Notes under the pieces: model-generated
Told to the model about the DNA's origin: nothing
Databases searched by the model: none
The model's input: only the letters and a program-made list of their open reading frames with translations
Part shown: positions 34,417 through 36,032 of the stretch, piece by piece
Position numbering within the stretch: position 1 is the stretch's first letter
How the letters are laid out: each line of letters opens with the position of its first letter
Made by a program: the position numbers and the translations under genes
Assembly (NCBI GenBank): GCA_028702045.1
Contig: JAQVPP010000002.1
Span: 1 to 36,032, forward strand
Reading direction: 5' to 3'
DNA: 36,032 bases
Origin: Minisyncoccota bacterium
Lineage (GTDB): Bacteria; Patescibacteriota; Minisyncoccia; UBA6257; JAKLIH01

Positions 34417-36032
34417 ATGAAAGAAAAATTTGTCATAATAGATGGTAATGCCTTAGTTCACAGGGCTTACCACGCCATTACATCACTAGTTTCCCCACAA
34501 GGCAAACCAGTTAACGCTGTATATGGTTTTTTTATGATACTTTTTTCAGCTCTTAAAGAATTAAAGCCAAAATATATAGTTGCTACTTTTGATGTAGCTA
34601 AAAAAACTTTTAGGCACGAGGTTTTTAAGGACTACAAGGCCACTAGAATCAGACAGCCAGACAATCTATATGACCAAATACCTTTAGTTAAGGAATTACT
34701 TAATAAACTAAATATCCCTATTTATGAACAAGAGGGTTATGAGGCTGATGATGTAATAGGATCACTGGTTAATCAAATTAATGGTGACCTAGATATTACT
34801 ATAGTTACTGGAGATCTAGACTTACTTCAACTTTTAAAAGAAAATGTGACTATCTGAACTTTAAAAAAAGGAATCAAAGATAGTATTATCTATGACATAC
34901 CTAAATTCAAGGAAAGATACAACATAGAAGTAGAACAGTTTGTTGATTATAAAGGAATCAAAGGAGATCCATCAGACAATATACCTGGAGTAAAGGGACT
35001 TGGTGACATTTCTGCTCAAAAATTATTAAAAAAACATTATTCAATTGAAAATATCATCAAAGAAGGAGATCAGATTGTAAATGATCCGCTTATTCCAGAT
35101 AAGGAAAAAAAGATTTATCTTAAATTTTTAGAACATAAAGATGAAGCCCTGTTCTCTAAACAATTATCAACAATTATTACCAATCTTGACCTTAATTTTA
35201 AATTAAATGATTCTTTATTTTTTATAGAAAACCCACAAGAAGCTATGTCTGCTTTTAGGCAATTTGGTTTTATTTCATTAATTAAACAGATTCAGGAAAA
35301 CTTCATCAATACGCAGCCTACCCAATCTTCACAAAATACAAGTTTTTCAGAAATTTCTTCTCTTGAGGAAATTAGTGACTCTTCTGATACCATATATTGT
35401 TACCTAAACAGTAGTGGTAAGTATTTAGAAAGAACTTTTGACTATTTCTATTTTTTGATTAATGATGTTTATTATAAAATAAAAAAAGAAAATGTTTCTT
35501 CTTTTGATTTACAAAACTTATTTAAAAATAAAATTATTATCACTTTTGATGCTAAAGTTCTTTATCAGGAATATGAGTTAAACGATTTTGAATTTGAGGA
35601 TTTAAAAATATATGAGTGATTAATTAATAGTGATAAGAGTAGTTTTGATCTAAGTTACTTAAGTAAAAAATATACTAGTACATTAAGTAATAATATAGAA
35701 GATATATTTATTAATATTAATGATATTTATGAACATATCAAGCAAGAAATAAACAAATCAAATCTTCAAGATATTTATGATTTTATAGATAGTCCATTAA
35801 TTAAAGTATTAGCTTTAATGGAAAAAAATGGCATATCTCTTGATATTATGAAATTAAATGAGCTAATTGATAAAATTACTCCGCAAATAGAAGAAACTAA
35901 AAAAGAAATTTTCAAATTATCTAATAAAGAAATCAACCTAAAGTCACCTAAACAAGTTTCAGAACTATTGTTTCAGGACTTAAAGATACCAATGTCAAAG
36001 TTAAAAAAGACTAAAACCAAACAAATCTCAAC
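34417..36032 (+). CDS. polA: DNA polymerase I, N-terminal part (3' end outside the window)
   Basis: 5'-nuclease motifs IIDGNALVHRAYHA, GYEADDVIGSL and IKGDPSDNIPGVKGLG. It reads through TGA at 34855 and 35617. The polymerase domain begins at ...INLKSPKQVSELLFQDLKIP. Confidence 0.92.

Overview
Strongly AT-rich bacterial chromosomal window, almost all genes on the + strand. The supplied ORF track uses the standard code and breaks clearly essential genes at TGA: rpoB into 4 pieces, plus rpoC, metG, polA, argS and alr. Nearly every junction I could align by eye falls on a conserved Trp, for example RpoB GEMEV-W-ALEAYGA, thioredoxin W-CGPC, MetRS and the LamG ADT-W-Y motif. I therefore annotated with TGA=Trp (table-4-like). 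These genes are intact, not pseudogenes.

Content under that reading:
1. 1-14360: a type IV pilus/pseudopilus locus. It holds the PilB ATPase, the PilC platform, three pilin-headed proteins with unusual C-terminal cargo, a membrane-anchored accessory protein and a PilM-PilN fusion. The cargo is a Kazal-like domain; a ~950-aa protein with two LamG domains and Cys modules; and a triple AWSxNxGWIxF repeat protein. The locus is interrupted by an intact IS30-family element and a neighbouring orphan secreted-protein gene.
2. 14698-23268: rpoB-rpoC-nifS-nifU.
3. Two convergent minus-strand genes for paralogue-like 2-TM proteins.
4. lysS, serS, an FtsQ-like gene and metG.
5. A promoter-equipped two-gene cassette: a degenerate GIY-YIG-like protein followed by an Rx4H HEPN-like protein.
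6. alr, an HExxH protein, a tiny 2-TM gene on the minus strand, trxA, argS and the 5' part of polA.

I saw no rRNA, tRNA or CRISPR array. Native genes lack Shine-Dalgarno (SD) sequences. Four orphan membrane/secreted genes have strong GGAGG-type SDs and use only TGG for internal Trp. The cell-wall and division genes (alr, FtsQ-like) and the pilus locus argue against a Mollicute, so TGA=Trp in this lineage deserves checking. I cannot place the organism taxonomically from this window.
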